Shown here one piece after another: positions 25,243 to 40,245 of a stretch of DNA of 64,000 bases. Under the pieces are notes generated by a model, which saw nothing but the letters and a program-made list of their open reading frames with translations, made no database searches and was not told the origin of the DNA. A program made the position numbers and the translations under genes. Source of the DNA: the human T2T-CHM13v2.0 reference genome, Homo sapiens; assembly GCF_009914755.1 (NCBI RefSeq), contig NC_060928.1, one strand, 5' to 3'. How positions within the stretch are numbered: the first letter of the stretch is position 1; the number at the start of each line of letters is the position of its first letter.

Positions 25243-28200
25243 TTGAACTAGAGACATAATAACAAACCAAACCCAAAGCTAGCTGAAGAAGAGAAATAAC
25301 AAAGATTAGAGTAGAACTAAATGAAGCTGCAACAAAAAAATACAAAGATCAATGAAACTAAAAGTTGGTCCTTTGAGAAAATCATGTAACCTGTAAACCA
25401 TTAGCTAAATCAATCAAGAAAAGAAGAGAGAAGATCCAAAAAAGCTCAATTAGAAATGAAAATTACAACTAATACCATAGGAATATAAAACATTATTTCA
25501 GACTAGTATGAACACCTCTATGCACACAAACTAGAAAATATAGAGGAAATGGATAAATTCCTGGAAACATACAATCCTTCTAGCTTAAATCAGAAAGAAA
25601 TAGAAATCCTGACAGACCAATACCAAGCAGTGAGATTGAATCAATAGTAAAAATTTTGCAACAAAAAGAGCCCAGGGCCAGATGAATTTACAGCCAAATT
25701 CTGCTAGACATTCACAAAAAAATTGTACCAATCCTACTGACACTACTCCAAAAGATTGAGAACCAGGGAATCTTCCATAACTCATTATATAAAGCTGGCA
25801 TCACACTGCTACCAAGGCAAGAAAGGACATACAGACCAACATCTTTGATAAACACAGATGCAAAAATCCTCAACAAAATTCTAGCAAATCAAATTCAACT
25901 GTACATCAAGAAGGTAATTTACCATCATTAAGTGGGATTTCAGCCCAGTGATGTAGGGATGGTTTAGCATAATGAAAGTCAATAAATGTGATTCATCACA
26001 TAAACCAAATTAAAAACAAAACCCTTATGATCACCTCCATGGACAAAGGGAAAGCATTCAATAAAATCCAGCATCCTTTTATAATTAAAAACCCTCAACA
26101 AACTAGGCATAGAAGGAAGATATCTCAAAATTATAAAAGACACATATGACAAACCCACAGTCAACTTTATACTGAATGGGGAGAAGTTGAAAATGCTCCC
26201 CCTAAGAACTAGAACAAGACAAGGATGCCCACTTTCACCACTTCTATTCAACATAGTTCTGGAATTCCTAGCCAGAGCAATCAGGCAAGAGAAAGAAAGA
26301 AAATGTATCCAAATTGGAAAAAAGGATGTCAAGCTCTCTGTTTGCTGATAATATGATTGTATTCCTGAGAAACCCTAAAGACTCCTTCAAAAGATTTCTA
26401 GATTTTGCAAATGAATTCAGTAAAGTCTCAGGTTATAAAATCAACGTACACAAATCAGTAGCACTGCTATAGCCCAACAATGACCAAGCTGAGAATCAAA
26501 TCAAGAACTCAATCCCCTTTAAAATAGTTGTAAAAAAGTAAAATACCTAATAATATACTTAATGAAAATTAATTATACTTAATGAAGGAGATGAAAGATC
26601 CCTACAAAGCGAATTACAAAACATTGATGAATACAATCATACATGACACAAACAAATGGAAATATATTCCATGCTCATGAACTGGAAGAATCAGCATTAT
26701 AAAAATGACCGCACTTCTCAAAGCAATATATAGATTCAATGCAATTTCTATCAAAATACCAATATCACTTTTCAGAATAATGAAAATTATTCTGAAATTT
26801 ACAGAATTAGAAAAAGCAATCCTAAAATGTATATGGAACCAAAAAAGAGCCTAAATAGCCAAAGCATTCCCAAGCAAAAAAAGAATAAATATGGAGGCAT
26901 AGTGTTAAGCAACTTCAATTTATACTACAATGCTGTAGTATCCAAAACAGTATGGTGCTGGTATAAAAGTAGATACATAAACCAATGGAACAGAATGGAG
27001 AACCCAGAATAAAAGCCAAATATTTACAATCAACTGATCTTAGACAAAGCATACAAAAACAAAAACAAAAATAGAGAAAAGGACACCCTATTCAATAAAT
27101 GGTTTTGAGAAAACTAAATAAGTACATGTGGAAGAATGAAACTGAATTCCTTTCTCTCACTATATAGAAAAATCAACTGAAGGTGGATTAAAGACTTAAA
27201 CCTAAGACACCAAACCATAAAAATTCTAGACAAATAACCTAGGAAAAACTCTTCTGGACATTGGCCTAGGCAAAAAATTAATGACTAAGACTGCAAAAGT
27301 AAGTGCAGCAAAACCAAAAATAACTGAATGGGACCTAATCAAACTAAAATGCTTCTGCTCAACAAAGGAAATAATCATCAGAATAAACAAATGACCCACA
27401 GAATGGGAGAAAATATTTGCAAACTATGCATCAGACAAAGGACTAAAATCCAGAATCTACAAGAAACTCAAACAAATAAGCAGGAAAAAAACAAAAACAA
27501 AACAAAACAAAAAACAAATAATCCCATCAAAATGTGGGCAAACATCATGAATAGACATTTCTGGAAATAAGATACACAAATGGCCAACAAATGAATGAAA
27601 AGAAAAAAATGCTCAATATTACTAATTATCAGGGAAATGCAAATTTAAAACCACAGTGAGATACCACCTTACCTCATCCAGAATGACCATATTAAAAAGT
27701 CAGAAAACAATAGATGGGGTAGATGTGGTGAAAAGGGAATGCTTACACAGTGTTGGTGGGAATGTAAATTAGTGCAACTTCTATAAAATACATTATAGAG
27801 ATTTTTCGAAGAACTAAAGGTAGATCTACCATTCAATCCAGCAATCCTACCAAGTATCGACCCAAGGGAAAATAAGTCATTATATCAAAAAGACACCTGC
27901 ACATGTATGTTTATTGGAGGACAATTCACAACTGCAAATATATAAAACTAACCTAAGTGCTCATTAACCAATAAGTGGATAAAGAAAATGTGTTATAAAT
28001 ACACCATGAAATACTACTCAGCCATAAAGAAGAAAAAAAGAAGAATGTCTTTTGCAGCAACTTGGATGGAGCTGGAGGCCATTATTCTAAGTGAAATAAT
28101 TCAGGAATGGAATATCAAATACCATACATTCTAATTTGTATGTGGGAACTTAGCTATGGGTATGCAAAGAAGGCATACAGAGTGGTATAATGGACATTGG

Positions 28201-28381
28201 AGACTTAGAAGAGAGGAGAGGGAAGGCTCATGAAGAATAAAAAACTACATACTGGGTACAGTGCACACTACTGGAGTAATGTGTGTGCTAAAATATGAGA
28301 TTTCACTACTGTATAATTCATCCATGTAATCAAAAACCACTTGTAACCCTAAAGCTATTGAAATTAAAAATAAAAATAAAT
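25243..28381 (+). mobile_element. L1PB (PB3/PB4-like), 5'-truncated, ~3.1 kb
   Basis: Colinear decayed ORF2, then 3' UTR gctatgggtatgcaaag...aaaaaccacttgtaaccctaaagctattgaaatt and an A-rich tail. Confidence 0.92.
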
Positions 28382-28442
28382 TAAGGAAATACAAAGTTAT
28401 AAAATACATAACAACGTGAAAATAAATAAAGCAGATACATTG

Positions 28443-28610
28443 GACAGCCAGCCTTATGGATATGTGACCTGTGCTCTTGAACAGAGCCTTACATACAGAA
28501 AGACCCAATGCTTGGTTTCAAGCTCTGCTGTTTTGAAATAATTAATTTTTGAACAAGAAGCCCCACATTTTCATGTGTCTCTGAGCCGGCAAATTATGCA
28601 GCCAATCTTG
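28443..28610. mobile_element. MER45A hAT-Tip100 MITE
   Basis: gtgacctgtgc...tgcttggtttcaagctctgctg...gaacaagaagccccacattttcat...gcaaattatgcagcc. Confidence 0.8.
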
Positions 28611-29099
28611 TGAATAGCAAAGTCCTCCAAATCAGAATACTGGTCAGAGATGTTTGTTAACAGCATTATGTTGTAATCTTGAACATTTTCTAAGAATATA
28701 TTACTGAAATGGAGAAGAAGAGCTCAGTAGATTAAAAAATGTGAATTTTTATGGCTATTTAAATTTGTGGCTCTGCAAAATTTCAAGTAAATTGAAACAA
28801 TATATGATGCACCAATGGTGTTTGAGTGCATCAATATCATTATAAGTACTTCATATTTTTATTTTATTATTTTCTAAATTAACATATGCAAAGCATTCAC
28901 AAGTATTTAACTATTCACAAGTATTTAAATTTGCTTAATTTGTATTTACATTTAGGTTGAACACTGCCAAAGACATTGTTACATGTTCTATCACTTCTGT
29001 GAAATGTTTACCACTTTTTAATTTGCCTACTTGTGTTTTGATAATTTCTGTAGTGGTTTTCTTTAATAAGAAGCAAAGAGATCTTAATCTTTAAAAGAT

Positions 29100-30220
29100 T
29101 AAAAATTAAATTGCAGGGAGAAGATATAGATTAAAGACAAGATTTTGGTTTAACCAATGTAATTTACTGATAGATCGAATGTGATGTGGAAAAAGAAGGA
29201 AAGGTTTTATATGATGTATGTTTATAAGACTGATGAATGCCTCACAACCAGCCAAGACAGAAATTATATAAAAAAGAGCAATGACAATAAGTACCTGTTT
29301 TGTGTATGGTAAATTAAAGAAGGCTGAGGCATATTCATGCTAAGAATACACTAGAATATTTAAGACTATAGCTCAGTGAAAATATCTAGAAAGGATAAGT
29401 TCATACTACTTGTTACCTGCTAGTATGACTGTGGAACATAGCAATGTCTAAGGAGGGATGTGTAACATGAAAATATAAAAAAGATTTTTAAAAGTACCTT
29501 AAAACATACATATTAAAGGAATGTACAAAAGGAGTTAAGCACCTGCAATGGAATGGTAAAAAATAAATAAATTAAAAGAGTTACATGAGAAAATATTCAG
29601 CAGTGCTGTAAAGACAGCAGATGATATCTGTGCTGTAATGTGCATATTAAAATATGCAGAATCAAAAGAGTGACTTTTGGCTATACAACTTCAATAAACT
29701 TAAAGAATCAGAAATAACGTTACAACTGGACTCTAGCACTTGAAGGGAATATAGGAAAGTAGACATACAAATAGCACAATATGCTTTTGATGTACAAGTT
29801 TAGAAAAACATCCAGGGTTAGTTTTACTTAAATGAGAGATACATGAACATATTCATAACCTTAAAATAACATTCAAGTTAGATATAGAGCTTGTTGATAC
29901 AGGTGAGTGACCAGCACACTCAATTCATTGAAGTCCCTGAAAATTTCGAAGTCAAGGGATCCAGATCACAGGTGAATGAATTAAGTTCAAGAGGTAGAAA
30001 ATTGTCATTTGAGAAGATGTATGAAGAAAGGAATGACAGCATGCACCACTAAATTTGGAGATTAGTGGCATGAAAAGATTGAGAAAAATGACATTTGGTG
30101 TCTTTTATTTTTTCAGTAAATAGTAACAAGTCCATATGCTGATAACTGAAGTGGACAGAGGATGGTTCAAAACTTCGAGAAGATTGTCCACAGATTTAAA
30201 TTAGATGTTGAGAGAGACAA
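29100..30220 (-). mobile_element. Highly decayed L2
   Basis: Purine-rich sequence with antisense L2-like phrases (gggatccagatcacaggtgaatgaatta). Confidence 0.45.
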
Positions 30221-30315
30221 AAGAGAGACCTCTACTCTTCACCTTTATATGATTATATTGCCTAACAAAATCCCTTTAGTACTTATAACAGCAAGCATTT
30301 ATTTCTCACTCATAA

Positions 30316-30884
30316 TGTTACTGGTGCAACGTTCTTGGCTCTCAGTGTAATATAAATTAACATGAAGGCAGTCAAACTTTTCCCAAATAAGGTCTATTGA
30401 GATTTATGCTCTAAAAGGCTGGGCATAAGGGAGACAGCTCTGGAGGAAGAGTTTTCTGACAGGCTCCCCCAGGGTAGGTCTTTGTGGTGTTTTGAGGAGG
30501 GTAACATGAATAATTTGTGCAGTGTCATTATATGTGCAGGGTGGAGTGCCAGGTGCACAGGTGTAGTAAGTATTCATGCTGACACATACATTGCATGGTC
30601 AGAAAATAGCAGATAAGCTCCACCTTTGGCAAATATTTTAGTGTTATAATGAGGCAAAGATTATGTTTGGTCATCCTCCTGGTCTTGTGTGCATGCAGGT
30701 GGCAGGGTCGACTACTTTGGACAAGATTTGCAGCAAAATATTGCTTATCTTAACTTTCTTAAATAACTTGCAAGGTTTCAGCAGGTTTGGCACCAGTGGG
30801 GGTGAGGGTGCAAGGCCTGGTTGTTTCCGGGTATGCATAGAAATGTATATTAGTGGGGTCAAGTTTTGTCTCTACTTTGTCTCA
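30316..30884 (-). mobile_element. ERV solo LTR, family not assigned, inside an MLT1 relic
   Basis: TG...CA ends (tgttactggtg...ctactttgtctca) interrupt MLT1-like gcatttatttctcactca...agtctatggg. No clear TSD. Confidence 0.5.
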
Positions 30885-31452
30885 GCAAGTCTATGGGTCC
30901 ATTGATCTTGCCTAGGCTTGGCCCTAGTTGTGAGTAAGGTTCAGGCCTGCTCCACGTGTCCCTCATTCTGGCATCAGAAGATACATGAATTTTGCACTTT
31001 TCATGGCACAGCGTAAGAGTGTAAGAGAACCAGTTAAATTATGCAGGCACAGTAAGCCCTTGTCTTGGGTCAACATTTACCTATACTCCACTAACCACAT
31101 CAGGTCAAAAATCTATGCCCAATATGTAGAGAGTAGCCATGAGAAGGCCTTGGAGGAAAGATCTATGAATAAAATGCATATCTACAACATATACCGTAGA
31201 TTTTATTTTTGGCCACAATTATTGCTTTCATTCTGCAAGCAAAATATATTACTCTCTACCCATAAACTCCAAATGTCTCAGGAAACCAGGTTTGTAATCC
31301 AGGATCTTCTGATCTATATTGAGTATGAATACTACTTCTATTGATCTGGAGACTAATGAAATTTTTCTACTCCTTCCATATGCCTCAGCCCCATAAAACG
31401 ATTAAACGGAATCAGCACAGCTTCAATATATTTTTCTGCTCAGAATCAGGAA

Positions 31453-31852
31453 GCAAGGCGGGGATTACAGGAGTGAAGCACTTGGCTGGGGTACAAAATG
31501 TAAAAACATGTCAATAATCTCTGTAACCAAGAAAAATGGCTTTTAAACACAATTTTAAAGAAACATAATTAACAGAAAAATCTATGGTGAACAAAATATT
31601 AATTTCAGAATTAGAAACTGAGCCATATTGACCTAAATTAAATCTTGAGGAAATAAAATCAGTAATACTGATCCAAACTTTTACAAACATATTAATGTTT
31701 TAGTACTTTGATAGTTCTTAAATATATTTTATCTTTGGTAGTTTTGCATTAAATTTGATTTTTCAAAATATTTATTGGAATATTATTAGTTAAGTTACTG
31801 AGCTTTTGCACCCCAGGCAAGCACCTCACTCACTACATTCTAGTCCCTGCCA
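31453..31852. mobile_element. MER96B-like palindromic hAT MITE
   Basis: The ends gggattacaggagtgaagcacttggctggggtacaaaa and ttttgcaccccaggcaagcacctcactcactacattctagtccc are imperfect inverted repeats. Confidence 0.7.
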
Positions 31853-33585
31853 TAAAGGCAAAAAGGAATGGCGTACATTAATCTTCGAGCCATAGTAATT
31901 ATAAGATCTGGGCAAGTGCATATGCTCCCTCTTTCTGGAGAGAAGATATTGTTCTTGAATATGTGCCTGTACTTCCTGCTGAGAACAGTTTCCCAGTACA
32001 TTGTGCACTGCACTCAGCTTTGCTTCCTGAGAGAGTTCCTTTTTATTCTTGTCTTCCTTGGCCACACTCTAAAGAGGACATTGGAGAGATAATACGCTTA
32101 TTTTTTCAGGCAAATAGCAATCTCAGCCTGCTTCTTAATGCTAGCAAATTGAGAGTCCTTTGGTCCTTTTACATCTTAATTTGTCAGTCCTCTCTTAATC
32201 CAGACTGGCATGATTATTAACATTTCTATCTCAAAAATTGTGCGTTTGAATTCTTGAGTGTTTTGCAACTTCACTATATTTAAAATGCAGGTTTACCTGG
32301 TAAAATGTAGTTTGCTAGACTTCCATGAGACCACAGTTAGTCTCTTATTTAGGGACATTTTATATGGTTTCTTTTTCTATTAACTTAAACAGAAATTTTA
32401 CTACATGATCTAACAGTCATACCCATGATTTGATCTTTGTTCCAAGGCTACATCAGACGGTCACTGCCCTAATTTGTAGAGAAATATTTCCACTCTCCAA
32501 GACTGCATTTCTAGGGATTTGTGGGGACTCTATATTTCTTCCTGTACACCAGTCAGTCCCTTTCTGAACATGTGTCATTATTGCAGTACTTTGCAAAATG
32601 TTTATACAAGCCAATTTATACTACCAAAATTTTGTCTGGAAATACCACAAGTTTATTGTGTGAATTCTGTTTTCTGGGCTATCGTAAGCTATAGTTGTAT
32701 CAAATGTTTTACCAGAACGTAATATGGGTTACATTTTCCAACTCCAAATGTTTTCCTTCTGCCTGATACCCAGCCCGGAAGCCAACATCACATATTTTAG
32801 TTTTAGTTAAGGCAGGACCTGTTTCTGCATTAGTTAGATAATATTGAGACAATGAATTCTTCTAACATTTCAATGGTTTATAAAACAAATATATATTTCC
32901 TCCTCCAAGTTCTGAAAATTGACTGTGAGTTACCTAGGTTCAATTGGTTTTGGCATATGGCTAACTGCAAGTTGGTTTCAGTTATGTTCCTATGTCCACT
33001 CATTCTGGAACTCAGAGGCAACAGAGCATGCTATTTGCATGTAAGAGGAGAGAATTGCAAACAATGAAACTAAAAAATAAAGCAAAATTATAAAAACACA
33101 TTTAAACATTTTGTTTACATCACATATATTTAATTCCATTGGCAAAGAACACCATCTATGAGCCAGGAAAGTCTAATCCAGCCACAGGGAAACTAAGGAA
33201 AGACATGAGAGGAATATAAAAATTGTGAAAAAAATGATAATACCTACCAGAAGACCTAGCCAATGATAAGTCAAGAAGTGAGTGCATGGTGTTATAAAAG
33301 AAGGTGAGTTTGAAAACTCACATAGAGTAGCAGTGCTAGTAGCAGTAGTAGTAGTAAGGGTAATAGTAAAATAACAGTTACTGAGTGCTCAAAATATGCT
33401 AATGGCTTTTCTTTCTATTTAATAAACACATTAAATAAGCACAACACACCTTTAAAGTAAGTCCTATTATTATGTCCATTTTATATATGAAGAAACCAAA
33501 ACAATTTCCCAAAGTTCATAGAAGTAGAAGTGGAGAATGCAGTCTAACTAAAAGACAAGTCTGGAGTCTAACTAAAAAACAAGTC

Positions 33586-35560
33586 TTCAACATAATACTG
33601 GAAGTCCTAGCCAGAGCAATGAGGCAAGAGAAAGAAATAAAAGGCATCCAAATAGGAAGAGAGGAAGTCAAACTATCTCTGTTTGCAGACTATGTGATAG
33701 TCTCCATAGCCTCTGCCCAAAAGCTCCTTCACCTGATAAACAAGTTCAGCAAAGTTTGAGAATACAAAATAAATGTACAAAAATAAGTAGAATTTCTATA
33801 CAGCAATAATTTCCAAGCTAAGAGCCAAATCAAGAATGTAATCCCATTCACATAAACAAAATAAGAATAAAATACCTAGGAATACACATAACCAGGAGGT
33901 GAACAATCTCTACAATGAGAATTACAAAACACGGTTGGAAGAAATCAGAGTTGATACAAACAAATGAAAAAATATTCCATGTTCATAGATAGGAAGAGTC
34001 AATATTGTTGAAATGACCACACTACCCAAAGCAACTGTTAGATTCAATTCTATTCCTATCAAACTAGCAATGACATTCTTCATAGAATTAGGGGAAAAAT
34101 GGTCTAAAATTCATATGGAACCAAAAAAGAGCCTGAATAGCAAGAGAAATCCTAAGCAAAAAGGACAAAGCTGGAGGCATTACACTACCCAATTTCAAAC
34201 TCCACTACAAGGCCACAGTAACTAAAACAGCATGGTATTGATACAAAAACAGACATATAGATCAAGGAACAGAATAGAGAACCTAGAAATAAAGCCACAC
34301 ATCTATAACCATCTGATCTTCACCGAAGTTGACAAAAACAAGCAATGGGGAAAGGACTCCTTATTCAATAAATGGTTCTGAGCCAACTGGCTAGCCATAC
34401 GCAGAAGATTGAAACTGAAATTCTTATTTTCAACATATAGAAAAATCAAAATGGATTAAAGATATAAATTAAAACCTAAAACTATAAAAACTCTAGAAGA
34501 TAACCTAGAAAACACAACTTTGAACATTGGCCTTGGCAAAGATTCTATGACAAAGACTCCAAGAACAATTGCAACAAGAACAAAAGTTGACAAGTAAGAC
34601 CTAATTAAACTAAAGACCTTCTACACAGCAAAAGAAGCTGTCAACACAGTAAACAGAAAACTTACAGAATTGGAGAAAAATTTGCAAACTATGCATCTAA
34701 CAAAGGTCTAAAATCTAGAATCTATAAGAAACATAAACAAACTAAGAAGCCAAAAGCAAACAACCCTGTTAAAAACTGTGCAAAAAGCATGAACAGACAC
34801 TTCTCAAAAGAAGACATAGATGCAGCCAACAAACATATAAAACAATTCTCACCATCACTAATCATTAGAGAAATGCAAATCAAAACCACAATAAGATAGC
34901 AGTCAGAATGGCTATTATTATAAAGTAAAAAAATAACATTCCTATGAGGATATGGAGAAAATGCAATGCTTTACACTGTAAATTATTTCAGCCACTGTGA
35001 AAAGCCATTTGGAGATTTCTCAACAAACTTCAAACAGAAAGAACTACCATTAGACCCAGCAATCCCATTACTGGATATATACTCAGAGGTATATAAATTG
35101 TTCTACCATAAGGACACATGTACGTGTATGTCCATGGCATTACTATTCACAACAACAAAAATGGGGACTAAATCTAGAAGCTCATCAATGGTGGCTGGAT
35201 AAAGAAAATGTGATACATATAAACCATGGAATACGATGCAGACATCCAAAAGAATGAAGCCCTGCCCTTTCCAGCAGCATGCATGCAGCTGGAGGCCATT
35301 ATCCTAAGCACTTATAAGCACTTACAATTGAAAGATAAATATTGAGTACACATGGACACAAAGAAGATGACAATAGACACCAGGGCCTACTTGAGGGTGG
35401 AGGGTAGAGGAGAATGAGGAAAAACAACCTGTAGGGTACTATGCTCATTTACCTGGTAACAAAATAATCTGTACACCAAACCCACATGGTACACAATTTA
35501 CCCACGTGACAAATCTATACATTTACCCCTGAACCTAAAATAAATGTTGGACATAATAAA
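33586..35560 (+). mobile_element. L1PA15/16-like, 5'-truncated, ~2 kb, inserted in a MIR
   Basis: ORF2 runs from [11 protein letters not shown] onward with stops. 3' UTR is gacaccagggcctacttgagggtggagggt...cccctgaacctaaaataaatgttg, and the MIR resumes at ccagagccatgcttctaaccacta. Confidence 0.92.
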
Positions 35561-36592
35561 TAAATAGATTAATTAATTAATAACAAATCTAATTCCAGAG
35601 CCATGCTTCTAACCACTATGCTTCAAAATTTTAATGTTTGGTTATGATATTCTAATTGTCGTTTTTTTGTGTTCTCCAGTAAAGCATACCTAGTTGGATG
35701 TTAGAACAAAGATATTCTGTGTGTTTGATTTAGAATTGTGGATTTGTGAAATGTGCCCAATGGAAGAACCTAAATTGTTCTAAGTGTTAGAGACAGTTTA
35801 ATTCTTTTGATAGATAGGTACATATGGAATAGAACAGTAAAGCAGATGAAAAGAAATGTTGGAAGGGTAAGAGAATTATGAAGTACTAGAAAAAAATTAT
35901 ACTCATTGAATTATCAGTATGATGTTAGGGAATCCCTTCTTCTCCATTGAGGTGATAAGAATACAAAGCTATTTACACTGAGGTATGAATGGATGATTAA
36001 TAATAAATAAAATGACTTAGGAGTTCTCTGCATAAGTGACTACTCCCTCAACTCTTCCCCGCCATGAATCTTCATTAACAGTGTGTGGTTACTTTCTCTA
36101 TTTATCTTTTTGGTATAGATATATCTGCTAAGAATCTGAGTTTCTTCCTGTTTTCTGGCACATTCAGAGTGATTTTGTTCTAATGAGTCCCCATAGACTA
36201 GAATGTTGACTATAATTTTTATTTTTCCTTTCAACCTCAGATCAGGTGCCTATCCCTGCTAAAATCAGTTATAGCTCTGTGGATCGGTTGAAATCATTTG
36301 TACTGAAGTACCTCTTCATCAGTGACTGTGAGACAGAAGGAACATTGAACATAAAATGATTAATGTTTTTTACATTTAAGTATATTTATTTTTCTTTCAA
36401 AGGTGCATTTAAAATAGTAGGTCTTTATTTCCACAGTTTAGATGATAAGGTTTATTTGTACTCCCATTATCAAGATACCTCTGTATCTGTAATGTGCCTG
36501 TGTTCTTACTTTCTAAATTGCCTTTTGTCTTGAACTAATGTTCAAAGTTCAAGATATAAATAGTTTGGCTTTTCTGCTTAGGAAACACACAG

Positions 36593-36593
<1 letters not shown>

Positions 36594-36635
<42 letters not shown>
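36594..36635. repeat. (CA)n microsatellite, ~20 units
   Basis: Seen directly. Confidence 0.98.
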
Positions 36636-36636
<1 letters not shown>

Positions 36637-37939
36637 CTACTATTTAGACTGCAAGGCACCTAATAAATCTATAGCACTGTCTTCTTGGAATCAGTGCCTT
36701 AAAGAATGAAGATGTAATTGAGTGGTTAAATAAAATTCATTCCAAGAACAATCGGATCCTCAGGGACTATTTTGCTATTGAAACTCTTGCCATTAGAGTG
36801 AACTAATTGCACTGAAGAATTATTTCAATTCATTGATTTTTAAAAATTTGTTTACCACTACTCGTGTTTGGATGATTAAATCTCAAAATAAGTTGAGCAG
36901 GAGATTTTTAGCTTAGAAATGTTACTATACTTAGCAATTTTTTTCAAAAACACTGTATGAATAGTTTAGAGAAAATTAGGCATTAGTTTAAAAACTATAT
37001 TGGTCTTTCTAAAGCCATATTTAGGGACATTTTGAATTAAACAGAAATGTTGGCAACTATATCATTGAAAGGCGCAAATTGGAATTTCTGCTCTTGAGAA
37101 ATATCTTACTGGCTATCTGTGTCTTATGATTTATTTGCTTCATTTTATGCCTTATAAATTTACCAAAGTTTACAATGTCAGGCATATGATCTGTTCTTCT
37201 GAGTCATGCCAGGATGAATGGGTAAACAGGGGGCAATATTTGTCAAATGTTTAATTATCAGGCTCATTTGGCCCATCTGGTTAAGCTACTCTCCTTTTCC
37301 TTATTGCTGCGTGTTTCTCCCTGATTATCTATTTGTTTAAAAAGAGACTGTACCTAGGTCAAAAGCACAGAGGCAGAGTTGTTATCCTTTTGGATCCTCA
37401 AGATTATCCTTTCAAGTTGCTATTTTCATCCCGTTTCTTCCTGTGTTCTTAGCTTAAAAAGGCAACATTCCATATAATAGTGCTAATTCTAAATCAGTCA
37501 AAGAGACAGTTATATGCATTGTGTAAACCAGGTTGTAACCCTGGCTTATGCCAGGAAAAATGGTCTTGTCAATGAGCATGGGAAAAATTTACTATCTCCA
37601 AATTCAGATTTTTCCCCTTTTGCTTTTTGTATTTTTCAATATTTTAGAATCAATATTTGGTTTGAAATATAGCAAAATAGTTTAAGATATCAAGGGCCAT
37701 TATAAGAGAATTCATAATTTTTAAACCATCAGTTATTTTATTCTAATACAGTAGAATGACAAACTTATGATAAAAGTAAATATATTGTGACAGGGGAAGA
37801 AATATGACCTGAGGGTGTCTATGGCAGATGAATATAATAAAGGACTTCCATCATGGCTGTTAAATATGAAATGGCATTTTCAGCTACAGAGCTCAATAAA
37901 TGCTTTGTAAGCCCTATGGTTTGAAGGCAAAGTATTAGT

Positions 37940-38249
37940 GCAGGCGCGGTGGCTCACGCCTGTAATCCTATCACTTTGGGAGGCCGAGGCAGGCGGATCA
38001 CCTGAGGTCAGGAGTTCAAGACCAGCCTGGCCAACATGGCGAAACCCTGTCTCTACTAAAAATACAGAAATTAGCCGGGCATGGTGGCGTGCACCTGTAA
38101 TCTCAGCTAATTGGGAGGCTGAGGCAGGGAGATTCGCTTAAACCGGGAAGTGGAGGTTGCAGTGAGCTGAGATGGTGCCACTGTACTCCAGCCTGGGCAA
38201 CAGAGCTAGACTCTGTCTCAAAACAAAACAAAACAAAACAAACAAACAA
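37940..38249 (+). mobile_element. AluSx-like
   Basis: Full dimer with gatcacctgaggtcaggagttc and a (CAAAA)n tail. Confidence 0.95.
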
Positions 38250-38939
38250 TCCACTAGTTACATTCTGTTTTCCATATGTTTGAGCTAATTTAAAATTACT
38301 AAACAGTAAATTAATAATCATTTCTAAAGTTATAATCTCTACTTGTAGGGAGAATTTTATGTTGATAACTATGTTATTATTATTGCTTTTTTCTCAATGG
38401 AACTTATATTACCTTGGGGAATATTTTATTTTATTGTAATATCATCATGGTTGGAGTGAGGAGAAATCATATGATTAATCATTTTGTGTTTAATTTCAAC
38501 ACTTCATTTTTTAAAAAAGTCTTAAACCTGCTTGTATTTTTATATATTAATTTGAAAAATATTTTGAGCAATTATTATGTGTAGTTTATAAAAACCAAGT
38601 ATTTTTGAATAACACATAACTAGATCTTATACTTATGTTGAGGCACATATACTTGTCATAAAAATATTTTCTTATTTGGAAAAAATTGTGCTAGGTAGAA
38701 CTTAGTAGTTTTCTAGAATTGCCTTGATATTGAAATTAGGAAAAAGATGGTAGTGTTCTTGTAAACTGACCTCTAACCAAAAGATATTGACTTTGAAGTT
38801 TGTAATTTAAAAACAAACAAATAAAGGAGATATAATTTGAAGCTTCATGGATGTTTAAAATTATCAGGGAAATACATGACTTATGAGTTAAAAATAATCT
38901 CTATATACTTTTCTATTGGCCTTTTTTTAATACTTTAAA

Positions 38940-40200
38940 GTTGTTTTTTCCTACGGGATTGTTTTCCTATCTCTTCTTTGCTACTGTCCCCCTATCATAT
39001 CCAACCTTAGGGCTTTAACCCTACCTATGTATGAATGATCTCAAAGTCTATATATATAAGTGTAACTTCTTATCCTCAAAGTGATCATTTTACAAAAACC
39101 TACTCACATTCTTCACTTAGGAATCTTCAAACCCATATCTAAAATTGATGTTATCATCCTCCTTTCTAAAACTGCTCTTTTGGCCAGGTGTGGGTGGCTC
39201 ACGCCTGTAATCTCAGCACTTTGGGAGGCCAAAGCTAGTGGATCGCTTGAGGTCAGGAATTCGAGACCAGCCTGGCCAACATGGTGAAACCCCATCTCTA
39301 CTAAAAATACAAAAATTAGCCAGATGTGGTGGCAGGCGCCAGTAATCCCAGCTACTCAGGAGGCTGAAGCACGAGAATCGCTTGAATCCGGCAGGTGGAG
39401 TATGCAGTGAGCCGAGATTGCAGCACTACACTCCAGCCTGGGTGACAGAGCGAGACTCCATCACAAAGAAAAAAATAAAATAAAATAAAATAAAATAAAA
39501 ATAAAATAAAATAAAATATGAAACTGCTCTTCCAACTCATTTAATTTTTTAAATGGTATTAATATCATCCCAGTCATCCAGGATTGTTTTAAAAATAATT
39601 TATTTTCCTCAGGCCTACAGGTGGTCTACATCCCCAATACTACTCAACCCAATTTCTTCTTGAGTCTGACATTTTCTATTAAAATATAAATAATCATGTC
39701 CAGGCTTTGAAATGCCATTTGACTATTTTCCCCATTCTCCAACTCTTTCAGCAAATCTACCAAGTACCCAATTGTAAAAGAGTTGCCATGCAACATAGCT
39801 TAATTTATTTTTTCCCTTTTAATATACATTTAATGTGTTATTTAGGAGGTATTCTCAACCAAGTATCTTTTTAAGTTTGCTCCTGATTTCATCCCCTTGT
39901 GTATGATTCAGGATTATCCATGTGCTCTCACAATGTAAACTTTCCCAAATCCTCTACACATTTCAAGGCAAGGTTCAGACACTCACTCCCCTAAGACTCT
40001 TACACTGAAAATATAAAAATAATACTGTTTTCCCCTGAATTCTCATAATTGTTTGGTTTTGACACATTATTTTTTCTACTCACAGTTATTCTATGTCCTT
40101 TCTCTTTTGAATAATCTATTTTTATTATACCCCACATACTACAGTTCATACAGCATACGTTAAAGTTCACAATACATTTTTTGAATGAATTATAAATATT
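38940..40200 (+). mobile_element. L2 relic interrupted by an Alu
   Basis: gatctcaaagtctatat...atcttcaaacccatatctaaaattga, ending with the L2-type terminus caatacattttttgaatgaat. Confidence 0.6.
39182..39519 (+). mobile_element. AluS
   Basis: Full dimer with a (TAAAA)n tail and TSD aaactgctctt at 39169-39179 and 39521-39531. Confidence 0.95.
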
Positions 40201-40245
40201 TACATTAAAAATTGACAAGGTTATGTGATTAAATTACTCTATATA

